Origin: Podarcis gaigeae
Lineage: Eukaryota
Reading direction: 5' to 3' (one strand)
NCBI GenBank assembly: GCA_964106915.2
Contig: OZ066917.1
Length of the DNA stretch: 64,000 nucleotides
Shown here: in pieces, positions 1 through 12,700 of the stretch
How the letters are laid out: the number at the start of each line of letters is the position of its first letter
Position numbering within the stretch: position 1 is the stretch's first letter
The notes under the pieces: model-generated
The model's input: the letters and a program-made list of their open reading frames with translations, nothing else
What the model was told of the DNA's origin: nothing
The model's database searches: none
Position numbers and translations under genes: made by a program

Positions 1-1345
1 GAGATATGCTATTCTGTGAGCCATTAACAAGACCTTGCAGGTTAACTATTCCAACTGGAAGATCAAAACTGTGCATTAAAATATCCCTCTATTTGGTCAT
101 CTAGGAAGCAGCTATCTTGATAAAAGATTGGGCATTTATTTTGGAACTAGAGCAGAAAATCTCACAAAATCAGTAAAATTACTGCTTAAACTCCTCTTAG
201 GAAAATATAGGTCCACCCATCAAACTAGCCAAATAGTTCTAGCATTCTGTTCATCCTCATAAGATGACTAAGACAGTGCAACAGTGAGCCATTTGCATCT
301 AGCATAGCTAATCTGGGTCATGGAACATACAGTACTTGATTGGATCCAGACTTAGTCATGAGTACCTTAAGTCCCATTTGATTTTTATTTATTTCATAAA
401 ATTGATACAGTGCTTGGTTGTAAAAATACAAACCTCAAAGGTTTTACCAAAGATAAAATAGTAAAATCGGAGGGGGGGGGAAGAGCACAATTCTACTTTA
501 AAACACATGAAAGTTAAAATACTAAAACAGATCAAAATTGCCTGAATGTTCTAAGCATCTGGGTAGACTTTTCTAAAAAGGAATGTTTTTAGCAGGCACC
601 AAAAAGAGTACCTGCTTTATTTGCATAGTGCCAAAGTGTAGGTACTGCCCCACTAAAGAATTGAATTCTTATAAACACAGAATGACTATTATTTGACACC
701 TGTTGTAGTGAGAATTCTACCAATCAAACAGACCAAAATTCCAATCAAGTAGGGTTAACGCAAACTTGTAGGTAAACTGGCCCCGAGTTGTTTTCCATTA
801 TAGATATTCTATGGTGTATTGTCACTTTCCTTGAAAATGCAAGGCAATGCCTCCAAGTGTTGTTGGACTACAACTCCCATCGTCCCTCTCACACAAACTG
901 GATTCCAGCAACGACTGGAGGGCACCATGTTGGCCACTGCTTGTGTAGGGCTTCAGCAGGAAGCACATTCTCATTTTGAGGTGACATCGGATCCTGATAA
1001 ATCTGACATTCCTTTGCCACCACAAATGACAGAGCTCAAGACAACGGTTGTTTATGTTCCTTAAAGTCACTGGCACTCACCATCAGAGGATGACGGCTGG
1101 GTAAAGGTTGCTGCATCAGTCAGTCACTTCATGTTTTTGCATTTTGTAGGTCAGTGAGTTTCTAACCAGTAGGCATACTTCGAAAAAGTCATAGTGGAGT
1201 GCACTGTGCAACAAAGTGTCACTCTAGATTTTATTCAAGTTTCTCTGTATGGGGGGGAAAGTGTTTGCCACCGAAGAGTACTTGAACTTTTCAAATTTTC
1301 CTCTGACTTCCCATAAAAAAGAATTAAGTCCTCTTTTTGAAGAAT

Positions 1346-1347
<2 letters not shown>

Positions 1348-1384
<37 letters not shown>
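1348..1384. repeat. (CT)n microsatellite
   Basis: Direct reading. Confidence 0.95.
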
Positions 1385-1386
<2 letters not shown>

Positions 1387-1445
1387 GTGTGTGTGATAGC
1401 AGGGATGAAGGAACCAACCTATCCTATTTTCAATCCATGTCATAA

Positions 1446-1975
1446 GTGTACATAAAGTGCCTTGTGCTAGTGCCTCCTCCAACCTGGGGAATTGTGCTGA
1501 ACGCCATGTCAGCTCCGAGTATGACCTCCTTCATCCTCGATCTGATTATGGATGAGGAGGCTGATCTGGTCTGCATCACTGAGACCTGGGTGAGTGAGCA
1601 GGTTGAAGTTGGTTTTCCCTGGCTATGCGCACCTGGGTACTTGGGTACAGCATCAAGGTAGAATTCAGGATCTGGGAGAGGGAGTTGCTGTAGTCTATAT
1701 AGTTTCAATCTCTCTCCAGGCTCTCTGTTCTGTGCTCTAGGTTAGATTGCTGCAACACATTATATGCCTATGAAGATGTTTCAGAAACTTCAACTGGTAC
1801 AGAATTCAGTGGCCAAGTTGCTCACCTGGCAAGACGCTTGTGAATGGGGTTTATTGGTTTGTTTTTGTTTTATTATGTATTTTATGTTCTCATTTTGTAC
1901 TTTTATGTTGTGACCCACCCTGTGATCTTTGGCTGAAGGGCAGTATGCAAATTTAATAAACAATGATAATAAATC
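1446..1975 (+). mobile_element. Degraded, internally deleted L2/CR1-group LINE (endonuclease N-terminal remnant joined to 3' end)
   Basis: ORF 1446-1661 contains VLNA...ILDLIMDEEADLVCITETW (APE endonuclease motif). It is followed by RLDCCN..LY..KLQLVQN-like sequence and an AATAAA/TAA-rich tail. Confidence 0.7.
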
Positions 1976-3371
1976 TGTAATGTCCTGTTAATCAGTATTT
2001 TTAAAAGTATTTAATATTGAGATAATTTATTATGTTTATTTTATTTATTTTCTCTCTCCATTTTTAAATGCATTTTTGAACCAAGAACTGGATTTGAAAA
2101 TTTGGGATTTCAAAAAGGAGATAGATAAATGAGTTCTGAGTTGTACATTGGTACAGAAGGTGCATATTAAAGAAGGTCATACTACAATTCATGAAGATCT
2201 TCAAGTATCCCTAATCTATCCATTTATAAGGAATTTTTAAAAATGTGACTGTAATCAGATATTGCCAATAGTTAGGACATATTCTCCCCTGTGTGACAGA
2301 CACCAGTTTCACATTGTTATTATTTTTAACACATCCTGTAGTTTATGCTTCTGTGACTTCTTCAATCTGTTAAGACCTGCACTACATTCCTTTTTATTTA
2401 TTTCAGTCATGACCTCTTAATTTCTTTATTGCCCTGATCTGGGTAGGGGATGTTTGTTTGTTTTTGTTAAGCATCTGAAAGCTTTCCCCTTTCATTTTTA
2501 TAATATTTCCTCATTTGACTGAGATGCCATTCCATGTTCAAACAGAAATTGAAAAAAGCTTGCACCAAAGACCTTGTTGTCAAACTTGCCCTCTATGAGC
2601 ACCACTAAATTATGAAAAATGTCCTTCAAGCTTACCCTGTCCTTCAGCGGCCTGCAGGAAACCCGCTTTATCATAGTGTAATTTACTGGCACCAGAAATA
2701 AGCTGAGTAAGGAAACAAGAGGTTGTAGAAATGTTAATTACGTTAAAGAAAGGTGCTCTCTATCATTCTGAGTTTCATTCTACTACGTGTTTTGTTTCTA
2801 GAGCTGGATCTTTTCAAAAGTCTTTGCCTGCCTCAGTTGGTTCTTTAGCAGTTGCTGAAACTGTATTTCGAAAGTGCTCAAACTTGGGCTACTGAACAAG
2901 GAAAATTTCTGCTTCTTTTTCAAAAAGTTTTAGTTTGTACTGTCATTGGTACATTTGAGGGGCAACCAGCTTTCCCCTTCACTCTGCATTATCATACATA
3001 TCTTTCAACTGCCCCTCATAAGCATCCTGTTCTTCTCTTCCTCATGGCAGCTGACAGTAACTTTATGGCAGTCAGTCAGACAGTAGATTGTCCACAGGAC
3101 TGCCAGAAGTGGTTAGCATTTTGATGGAAAATGATAGTTTTAAATATAGCTTTCAGTCAACATATTTACCATTCACAAACCCTGCATTGTTTTGCCTTTT
3201 TCAGTATTTATTTATTGGCTTCTCTTAAAAGTTTATATCCTGCTTTCTCCATTATGGGGTGTACATCTGAATCTGAATGTGTCCCACATGTGTATAAAAC
3301 TAACCTACAATATGGACATTTTGCATGGTGTCAGGATGCCCTACATTTAACCCTTATGCCTAACAAAGAGC

Positions 3372-4398
3372 TTGCATGCCAAGGCTCGGTTAGCCCCTGG
3401 TTTACCAGGGATTAAATAACTAGACAGTACACAGTATGCTGGTTTTATGGGACCAAATAATGTCACCACTTTATTGGTTATGGATGTGAAGGTTTGGCCA
3501 TAGGCATTGGGAGAAGCCACCATGAATTATGGTTATGGATGTGAAGGTTTGGCCATAGGCATTGGGAGAAGCCACCATGAATACCACTCCAGCCAGTCTG
3601 CTGGCAGTGTCTCTAAGGGTGAACCCAACCAACCTAGGACATCCTATGACCTATGTCAAATTGAGCCATCCCCTAAGTAGACCCTGTTGGAGGAGTGGGA
3701 GGGCCCTAGCCCCTGTCTGGGCATCGGACAGGAGCCACTCCTCCCAGATCCTTTTAAGAGGATACCCTTACCCATGGGGGGGGGCAGGCGGAGGCTACAA
3801 CCACCCCTCAATCCAAGATCTAAGATTACCCAATGCCTATGCACCTTATAAAGTTGTGACAATTGCTATGAGGTAGGCGAAAGACCAAATGGCTGGTGCC
3901 AGTTTGCCAAATGGGAAAAACCAACATAGTCCATAGCAAGGTTGTACCAACAGCAAAAAAACCTCTGAACTGAGGAAGCATGGGTGGGAGAACCGGTGAA
4001 GGAAGAAGTGGCTGAATGGCCTGGCAGACCGCCTTTTATCTTGGCCCTGGGTGTGTCACCACTGGGCAGTTGGCCCTGCGCCCAAGAAAATGCCCACAAG
4101 GTCCTGCTGCCATTGGCCAATTTGGCAGCAGGCAGACAATCTGGCCAGCCATTTGCTTGTACATGAGAGGGGATTGGGGCCCACCCACAAAGCTGCCCAC
4201 CATAGAAGGCAGACATATCACAGCAGTATAAAGCAAGCAGACGTATCACCTTCTCAGTGCCCAGGAAAAAACAGGACATCCCAATTTCTATTGTGAGATC
4301 TTGGCAGCCATTTTGGGTGCCACAATCTCTCATGCTCTGACACTTTTTGCGGGAGGAGAGCGAGGCACAGGTCACATGATGCACCCAGGAGTGCATCC
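3372..4398 (-). mobile_element. Non-autonomous derivative of a YR (DIRS/Ngaro-like) retrotransposon, divergent copy (element C)
   Basis: On the minus strand: 5' hairpin GATGCAC-tcctgg-GTGCATC (4378-4397), segment 3835-3920 homologous to 38175-38260, 12-bp inverted repeat 3555-3566/3829-3840, invariant CTAGGGCC, AATAAA, and terminus GGCATGCAA matching the other two copies. No coding capacity. Confidence 0.7.
3475..3582. repeat. Tandem duplication with 55-bp period inside element C
   Basis: tggttatggatgtgaaggtttggccataggcattgggagaagccaccatgaat occurs at 3475-3527 and 3530-3582. Confidence 0.95.
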
Positions 4399-5490
4399 TG
4401 GAAGACTTGTGTCCCAGTTTTCATCAGAAAAAGCTGGAAGGTATTTGTTTTTTACAGAGAAATGAAAGACAGAGAGTGTATGTGTGCTGCTTGGATGCAA
4501 AGGCACATAGAAAGCAACACAGGCTTAATGTTTTAATAATGGGGATATAATTTCCCCCCATATTTTTACAAATATATTCATTTTTATGTACACTTTCCCC
4601 TAATGCATGCAACCAACATTGGTTGGTTGGAGAACTGTATCACAAAATGCTGAAGGTTAGCTTTGTTTCATTTCTCATATTGTTTTGGAAAATGCAAATT
4701 TGTTAAATTCTGTTTAAATGCAAACAGAATCAAATTTATGCAGCATCCCTGTATTTGACATGTATAAAATTATAGAAGCATCAAGAGAATGTGATTACAT
4801 GGGATGTGGAAAAGGGAGAGGGACTTGCAGGAGCTTGTTCTTAAAGGCTCAGTTTTCTAAACAAAAACACTTGTACACATAGAAAAGAAAATATTTTAAT
4901 ACCTTGTAAGCAACAAAAGCAGAAGCTCTCAATTTCAGATGCAAAACAGGAGGAGGAGGAAGACCTGTAATCCATAACAACAGCATCTCAGCAAAATTAG
5001 ATTGGGAGGCAGAATTTTATTCAACATAACTATATTTAAAATTATAAAAACCCAGAAGCATAACAGCTGTTTTATACCAAAGTGGCGTGGTAAACAGGGA
5101 TTTACAGAAACAGTGGGGGGGGGCGCAATGCTGTCTGCAGTTATTATACACATTTTTATCCTTACAAAAGGAGAAAAAAGATAATTTTGAGAGGACACTT
5201 TTTTCTGCATACCTGTAAGCTAAAAAAAAAAACCCTCTGAAATATTTCCTGAGACTTCTCATTTTCCTGTATATAAAGAAATTGCTGCTGTTAATCTATT
5301 TTAACCCATCTGTTATAGCTACCCCAAGTGCCTAATTCTCCACTAAATGGGATGGAATACCTATTGATTTTCATCTTTTGAGATCCTATCTCTTGGTTCT
5401 GACCCCTGACGTGGATTGGAAATCCTCTTATTTCCTTGTGACACAATGTTTCCAGAATCTTCTAATAACATTCTGCTAACTTATCCATTA

Positions 5491-6084
5491 CAGTGGTACC
5501 TTGGTTCTCAAACTCCTTGGTACTCAAACAACTTGGAACCAAAACATGGCAAACCTGGAAGGAAGTGTTCTGATTTGCAAATGTTTTTTGGAAGCCGAAT
5601 GCTCTCCATTTTGAGTGTTACGCTTCCGATTTGAGTGCCACAATTCCATTTTGAATGCTACACTTCCGTTTTGAGTGTTACGCTGAAAACCTGAGTGTTA
5701 CGTTTCCGATTTGAGTGTCACACTTCCGTTTTGAGTGTTACACTAAGGTCTGTCTGTTTTTGCTATTTATTTTGCGTTTTTGTTTTTGCGGCTCTTTGTT
5801 TTTGTTTTGTTTTTGTGACTGTGGAACCTAGTTCAGCTGCTGATTGATTGACTGATTGTGTGACTGCAGTACATTTTTTATTGCTATCATTTTATGGATC
5901 AAAGGTCTCGTTAGATAGTAAAATAAATGTTAAATTGCTGTTTTAAAGGTTGTTTTTAAAAGTCTGAAATGGATTAATCTATTCTGCGTTGCTTTCTATG
6001 GAAAAGCACAACTTGGTTTTGGAACGCTTTGGTTTTGGAACGGACTTCCGGAATGGATTAAGTTTGAGAACCAAGGCCCCACTG
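5491..6084. mobile_element. Tc1/mariner (Tigger/pogo-like) non-autonomous DNA transposon with an internal ~21-bp minisatellite
   Basis: TIRs CAGTGGTACCTTGGTTCTCAAACT / AGTTTGAGAACCAAGGCCCCACTG, flanked by TA. Internal repeats ttccRttttgagtgttacRc at about 5606-5745. Confidence 0.85.
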
Positions 6085-7223
6085 TAATCTGTTAGAGTCC
6101 ATTGTGGTATTCTGGACCATTATTTGGGAATAAATGCCCTCATGTTTCTGCTGAAACATCTGAACATTCTGGCAGAAAATGAAGCCCGGCCACAAGGGAG
6201 TGTGTGTTGTGATGGTTGTCTCCTTGCCCAAATTGCAGAGCAAACAGAGTGCAGAAAGATCAGCTGCTGTTGACTAGTTGCTATTGGATATGGTGACCAC
6301 TGCAAGCGCCACTTAAATGCTGCCTCATTAAGAGAAGAATATGCAAGCAATCTCCTAATTTGTTGAGAAAAAGCACACCGTGATGGCAGTGTGGAACAGA
6401 CACCTTTTTCAATCAAGATGGTATAGCACCTTTCCACATCATAAGGGAAGTAATGGAATATTTGAAGCTTGGTGTTCTCCTTAGGCGTAATGAGCATATA
6501 CTGCAGTTCAGTTTGGGTCGGCTTTTTGAGAATACCACCTAAACAACAGATGTTGTTACTGGGAGAGATCCAATGTTCAGCATGAAAAACCAAGAACTTC
6601 AGAGAGAGTGCCTGCTTGCCAAAACCCCTATAATAAAAGGTGATAGCTTCTTTCAGGGATGCAAGGCAGAAAAATAAAACTCCCTTAATAAAAATCACTG
6701 GGAGGCCTCGATAGGCATCACTGGTAATCAGCAGGAAAAATTAGGAGTGAATCGGGAAAGCATGACCTGAACTGAGAGTTTTGTGTACATGACAGTGAAC
6801 CTACCCAAATGTAATTTGCTTCCTTTTGTTTCCTCAGCATGCAAGTTATTGAACATGTCAAGATTCGCTTTAATGTACTTCAGTGAAACCATATTCATCA
6901 TTTTGGGTATTCTTTATCTGTGATCTTAACATTTAAAGGCTGTTTCACGCATGACTTTCTTGTTCCAAGGAGAGTTAGAGATAATATCTATGTATGAAAA
7001 AACTGTTTTTCTCCACAAAAGTATGGAGTAAGTGCTTATTTGCCTTCAGTACATGGGATACAAAGCAACTTTCCTCTTATGCACATATACAAGCAAGTTT
7101 TACATCATATTGCTATGTTGTTATGGTGGGGGCCAATCACCTGTGAACCTGGGAATCACAAGTGAGGAGACTACTGCTTCACTCATGTCCCATGGGCATC
7201 TAATTGTGAGCAGAATACAGGAT

Positions 7224-7474
7224 NNNNNNNNNNNNNNNNNNNNNNNNNNNNNNNNNNNNNNNNNNNNNNNNNNNNNNNNNNNNNNNNNNNNNNNNNNNNN
7301 NNNNNNNNNNNNNNNNNNNNNNNNNNNNNNNNNNNNNNNNNNNNNNNNNNNNNNNNNNNNNNNNNNNNNNNNNNNNNNNNNNNNNNNNNNNNNNNNNNNN
7401 NNNNNNNNNNNNNNNNNNNNNNNNNNNNNNNNNNNNNNNNNNNNNNNNNNNNNNNNNNNNNNNNNNNNNNNNNN
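7224..7474. other. Assembly gap (N run)
   Basis: 251 N characters. Confidence 1.
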
Positions 7475-7676
7475 ATATAGAGATAGAGATATTTCAAATA
7501 GGTATATATACATGTGTGTGTCATTTTTTTAATTTACTGACCTATTTCGTATATTTTCATTTCCAGTGGTCTGTGTTTTGATGTTTTGAACGTTTGCTGT
7601 AAGCCACTTTGGACACAGCTCATTATGGAAAAGTGGCATATAAGCAAATTCAAGCAATCATTTATTCTTTTAAACT

Positions 7677-7712
7677 GTTTGTTTGTTTGTTTGTTTGTTT
7701 GTTTGTTTGTTT
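7677..7712. repeat. (GTTT)n microsatellite
   Basis: Direct reading. Confidence 0.95.
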
Positions 7713-8993
7713 GAAAACCTCAACAGATAAAGCTTAGAAGCCCACTGTGAGTCAGGAGCAGCTTAAAAAGGCCTGGACCTGACATATAATGAAGCCCATA
7801 CTTCTCAAGAAAGGAAAATTTGCATTTTAGGGTTTCCTCTTATTTCAAAATATCTTCTACCATCTACCAAACAGTTATGAGAGTGGAGAGAGAGACCAGT
7901 GCAGAGGTTTGGGAAATGTCTCATTTTCAGCAGTGTCCACATAAGGCTAATTTTTGTTTATATCCTTTTATTATTGGCAACACTGGCGAACAGGGGTTCC
8001 GTCCTACATCTCAAATGCAATGCCGCTGTAGCAATGACTGATTGCTGAGGCTATCTTAGCTTTCTAGGACTGGTGTGTTAGGAAAACAGAACAATTATAA
8101 GAAATGGCGTAGTCACTAAGCACCAATTCATACATGTGCACCATTTCAATCTCTTGGTTTGACTTGAGATATAAGCACAACACCACATCCTGCTATGCCC
8201 TGATATTTAATGAGCCTATTCCAGACATGTTTGCTAATACAGCAACTTGAAAGTCTGAGACTTAAACTGAAATTCATTTTGTTGTTGTTGCTCTAAATAA
8301 ATATCTGCATCAGAACTGTAAGTAAAGGCAGTATATGAAAACAACAGTCTTAGGAAACAAACACTTGCATGATGGTTTCTGCAGCTGCATAGGAAGCATG
8401 TGACCCCCCCTTTTTTCCTTTCTTTTTGCTTTTCTCTTTTTGACTGACAGGTGAAAAGCAAATCCATGGAACTGCTCAGAAACTCAATATTTAGATTGAC
8501 TTTGAGCTCTCATTCCTAGAAAGTTCAAGTTCTCAGAGTTCATGCCCCTCATAGATGTGTTCAATAGAGAGTTATTCTATCACTGGCTTGGGTAATAAAA
8601 GATTAAGTGAATCAATGAGAGAGGCATTAGTCTATAGATAAAATAGCAGGCGATGTTGATGAATTCTCCCACTTTTCTTTGTTGTTTAGTTCATTGTATA
8701 ATATTACTGACTGACAGGCCATTGCTTTTTCAACAAATCCTTTTAGAAAATGTTATTCCATGTATAGCATACACATGCAAAAAACCCCACGAATGCACTA
8801 TAAGTACTGCTTGCTAAGTTCTTCACTGTGGTTTCATATGGCTGCTATTTCCCCTCTATAATGGCATACCCATTTCCCAAGACATAAATCTCATTAAATT
8901 CAATGAGATTTACTACTGAGTCAACATATATATGATTGCATAGCATATCACCCATGAAGTGCAAATTTGGAGGTTCCTACTCAGCTGTGGAGT

Positions 8994-9342
8994 GGGACGC
9001 GGGTGGCGCTGTGGGTTAAACCACAGAGCCTAGGACTTGCCGATCAGAAGGTCGGTGGTTTGAATCCCCACAACGGGGTGAGCTCCCATTGTTCGGTCCC
9101 AGCTCCTGCCAACCTAGCAGTTCGAAAGCACCTCAAAGTGCAAGTAGATAAATAGTTACCGCTCCAGCGGGAAGGTAAACGGCGTTTCCGTGCACTGCTC
9201 TGGTTCTCCAGAAGTGGCTTAGTCATGCTGGCCACATGACCCGGAAGCTGTCTGCAGACAAACACTGGCTCCCTCGGCCAATAAAGCGAGATGAGCGCCG
9301 CAACCCCAGAGTCAGTCACGACTGGATCTAATGGTTACCTTT
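8994..9342 (+). mobile_element. Sauria-type (POM-like) tRNA-derived SINE, full length, with 13-bp TSD
   Basis: GGGACGCGGGTGGCGCTGTGG head (A box), GGTTTGAATCC (B box), typical Sauria SINE body, ACCTTT tail. TSD tactcagctgtgg at 8978-8990 and 9343-9355. Confidence 0.9.
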
Positions 9343-9354
9343 TACTCAGCTGTG

Positions 9355-9705
9355 GGGACGCAGGTGAGCACTATGCCACTTGGGCTTGCCGGACAAAAGG
9401 TTGGTGGTTTGAATTCCGGCGATGGGTAAGCGCCTGTTGTTCGGTCTCAGCTCCTGCCAACCTAGCAGTTCAAAAGCACATCCAAGTGCAAGTAGATAAA
9501 TAGGTACCACTCTGGTGGGAAGGTAAACAGTGTTTCTGTGTGCTGCTCTGGTTTCACCAGAAGTGGCTTAGTAATGTTGGCCACATGACCCGGAAAAACT
9601 GTCTGCAGAAGCAGACAAACGCCAGCTCCCTTGGCCTGTAAAGCGAGATGAGCGCCGCTACCCCAGAGTCGTTCACGATTGGACTTAATTGTCAGGGGTC
9701 CCTTC
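9355..9705 (+). mobile_element. Second, more diverged Sauria-type SINE directly downstream
   Basis: Colinear with 8994-9342 over its whole length and ends in gtcaggggtccctt. Confidence 0.88.
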
Positions 9706-12700
9706 CCAGTCTTCATGTGGAGCCTCTTCACACATGCAGTTTATACAGGGACTTCAAGAGATGGGCACACAAAAATCCCAGCTTTCTGTGTGTCATGGAA
9801 GTAACCTTTGGGGACTCCTTCCTTCCTTTCTGTGAGAGCCTTACAGATAGTTCCATTTAAAACTTATCTGGTAAATAGAGTCTCATGGTTTTGATGGAAC
9901 TTAGGCCCCATCTGCACTATACATTTAAAGCAGTATCATATCACTTTAAACAGTCATGGCTTCCCCCAAAGAATCTTGGGAAATGTGGTGTGTTACAGGT
10001 GCCAAGTGCTGTTAGGAAGGGGCTTTTGGATCCCCTTTCTCTCTAGGAATCTAGTCCAGTTCATTTTAAGCCACCGAGAGAGCCAAGCTGCAGGATCAGA
10101 TCTCTCAGGATCTCTCTCAAAGCAGGAGCCAAAGAGGAAATGCCTGCTACATACACAGGTGGTGGCAGCTCAGTGACACTTCAGGTTCCCAAACAACACT
10201 GGCAATGAAAGGTGAGGCAGCAACGCAAAGAAACTGGGCAGGGACCTAAGACGTTTGGACATGGAGCAGACACTCCCCGTTGTGTGCGATGTTGCTGAGC
10301 AGCTCGTAAGAGCATGCAAAGGAGAATCTGAAGTAGGTTGCTGCTTCTTTTTCCTAAGCCAGGAGACGGAAGGATCAATAAATGAAAAAGTTGAGAAAAG
10401 ATCTGAGGGTTTGGAGGAGGAGGGGGAGGAAAGGGTTGCATTTGGGAATTTAGAACTCTACATGACAAAGTGAAAAGCTGTGATGGCTTAAGGTTTTTCG
10501 TGACGGCCCCGGCATTTTGGGGGCAGTTGGAGACTATATGATTATTGCACCATGGAATGTATCAAAAGCAACTAGTCTGCAGGCAACTCAACTGTCAATA
10601 TTGCAAAGAGAATAAATAAACATATCTAATCACACACATGCAACAGTAAACTCAGAGCAGCCCAACTTCCATAATACCCACAAACTACTGTTCACCAATG
10701 TTACTTTCTGAAAGCATTGCAGGAAGATAATATATTCTGACTTTTCTACAGCCCAGAGGAATTTAGTAGATGGCCAAGACAGGTGCTTTTCCTATAAGCT
10801 CTTTCACTAATGTCACGTTGCTGCTGCATCTAGACAGCTGATGTTATCATGCTTTGAAATTGCCTTCTTTTCACTCTAATTTATTAACGTTAATTAAAGT
10901 GAAATATTGCTGTTACCCAGTCTGATTAGCATTAATGTTACTTCTTTTTAAAAAAAGTCAGAGGCAAGATGTTGGTTTAAGGAACAGTGTCAGATAAGAA
11001 AGAGCAGATGCACAAAGTTTATTTCCTGAGGACAGTCCTTCGAGAACCTCATTCTTTCTCCTCCTTTAGAGCCAGGGGAATACAATAAATGTACTATATA
11101 TTTACCTCCTTTCACCCTGGGGATGGCTTTTAAGTATGCTCTGGTGGTGCACATGAGATAAGCCAGCTAGTACCATTCCTCCAGATATTTATCTCACAAA
11201 CCTGATCAATAAATACATTTCTCCACAAGACCTGGTCTTGTGTTTTGTCTCCAAAACATTTTTTTAACTTGCCAGTGAAGCTCAAATGGTTTGCAATAGG
11301 ATACTTGGCCACTCTTAATCTAAATTGATTGTCCGTAGAAATGTGGCAATTTAATCTGAATAGCCTCTTGCATGTCCATTATTATGTTCTTATGAATTGA
11401 GACAATCTAAAAATGCACATTAAAAAGGCAGTATAGATTTGTTTGTTTGTTTACTTATTTATGAACATTTCTAGACTGCTTTTGAACATAGACAGCATTT
11501 AAGCAAAGATTAAAAGCCATGAAAGTGAAGAAATAGGACTACAGTGTTTTAATTAAGCACTATTCAAAACCAGGCAAAACCAATGCATTTTTACTGCCTG
11601 CCTAAAAGCCCTCAGAGACAGAACTAGTGTCACTTTTTCAGGTGTGTATGTCTGTCTAGCTCCAAGACATGGGTTTGGGCAATGACTTGTACCTCCTGAA
11701 GAAACAGATCGTGTAACCCAAACCACAATCTTTACTTTGCAGGTCATATGCCATGAATCAGACATAGCAATACCCTGTTATTAGTTTCTCTCCCTTTGCA
11801 ATGTTGATGATTCACACCCACCCATCGCCCAACATATACCACCAACAGATCTTGATTCAGCTGTTGTTTGGGCTTTGTTGATAGATGCAACATATTCTAC
11901 TGTGATCATTGCAGATTAAATCACTGTAATCAAAGTCAGGGGTTGATGAGCACTCCTACCCTCCACTTTTGCCATTTGGGCTGTAAATAATCTCATTTTT
12001 GTTCTTCTCCTTGCTGAGAGGCACAACCTGTGCCAGCTAACTGTGTTTTGACTATCTTTATGAACCCATACCATAAGATCTCCGGTTTTAGTAGCATGGG
12101 AGTGAGGAACCTATTGGCTCCAGGCATCATGGCCAGATAGTCAGGGATTATTGTAGTCCAGAAACAGGGCCACAGGTTCCCTTTAGCAGGACACCAACCA
12201 GGAAAGCTTTAAAAGGAGGCTTGACAAATTTCATTGAAAATAAAGCTATCAACAGGTGCTAGGCATGATGCCTATGTGCTACCTCCAGTATCTGAGGTGG
12301 TGGTGAGCAAAAGACTATGGTGCATATGTCCGGCTTATATCCTTTCTATAGAGACCAGGTTAGCCACTTCAACTCTCCAGGGTTTGCAGAGTTGCAGAGA
12401 CCTTTACATGGTGTGAACATCTGTGCTTCTTTTGAGCTGCAATCTTACCAGGCATCCTAAGCCTGCATGAGGAAGACTTCCATCCCAGAGATGCAGCATC
12501 TCTAATAGCTTGCAGCACATTAGTTCATTCTGAAGGAGATGTTGACATTTCCTCATTTAAACAGGAGACCCTGAGGGACTTTTCTATCATCACACCCGTT
12601 AATGGTGATCTGGGTCTTAATCTGGTGCTGCAGTATCTGAATCTAGGTGGCATAAAATTGCAAATGCCTGCAGCCTTTAGTCTTGACCTTTGGGATGGAA

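Noticed and set aside
2498-2692. RPLKDR match to DHFR
   Set aside because: Six residues only; the flanking sequence does not resemble DHFR.
3866-4396. 176-aa ORF in element C
   Set aside because: No recognisable domain and not shared with elements A or B; probably a GC-content artefact.
5606-5745. Regularly spaced ~21-bp repeats (CRISPR-like appearance)
   Set aside because: Contiguous minisatellite without unique spacers, inside a DNA transposon in a eukaryotic genome.
6120-6698. 192-aa ORF
   Set aside because: Non-ATG start, no motif, random-looking composition.
7032-7532. ORFs of 113-166 aa
   Set aside because: Artefacts of reading through the N gap.
10255-10473. 72-aa E-rich ORF
   Set aside because: No recognisable homology or splice context.
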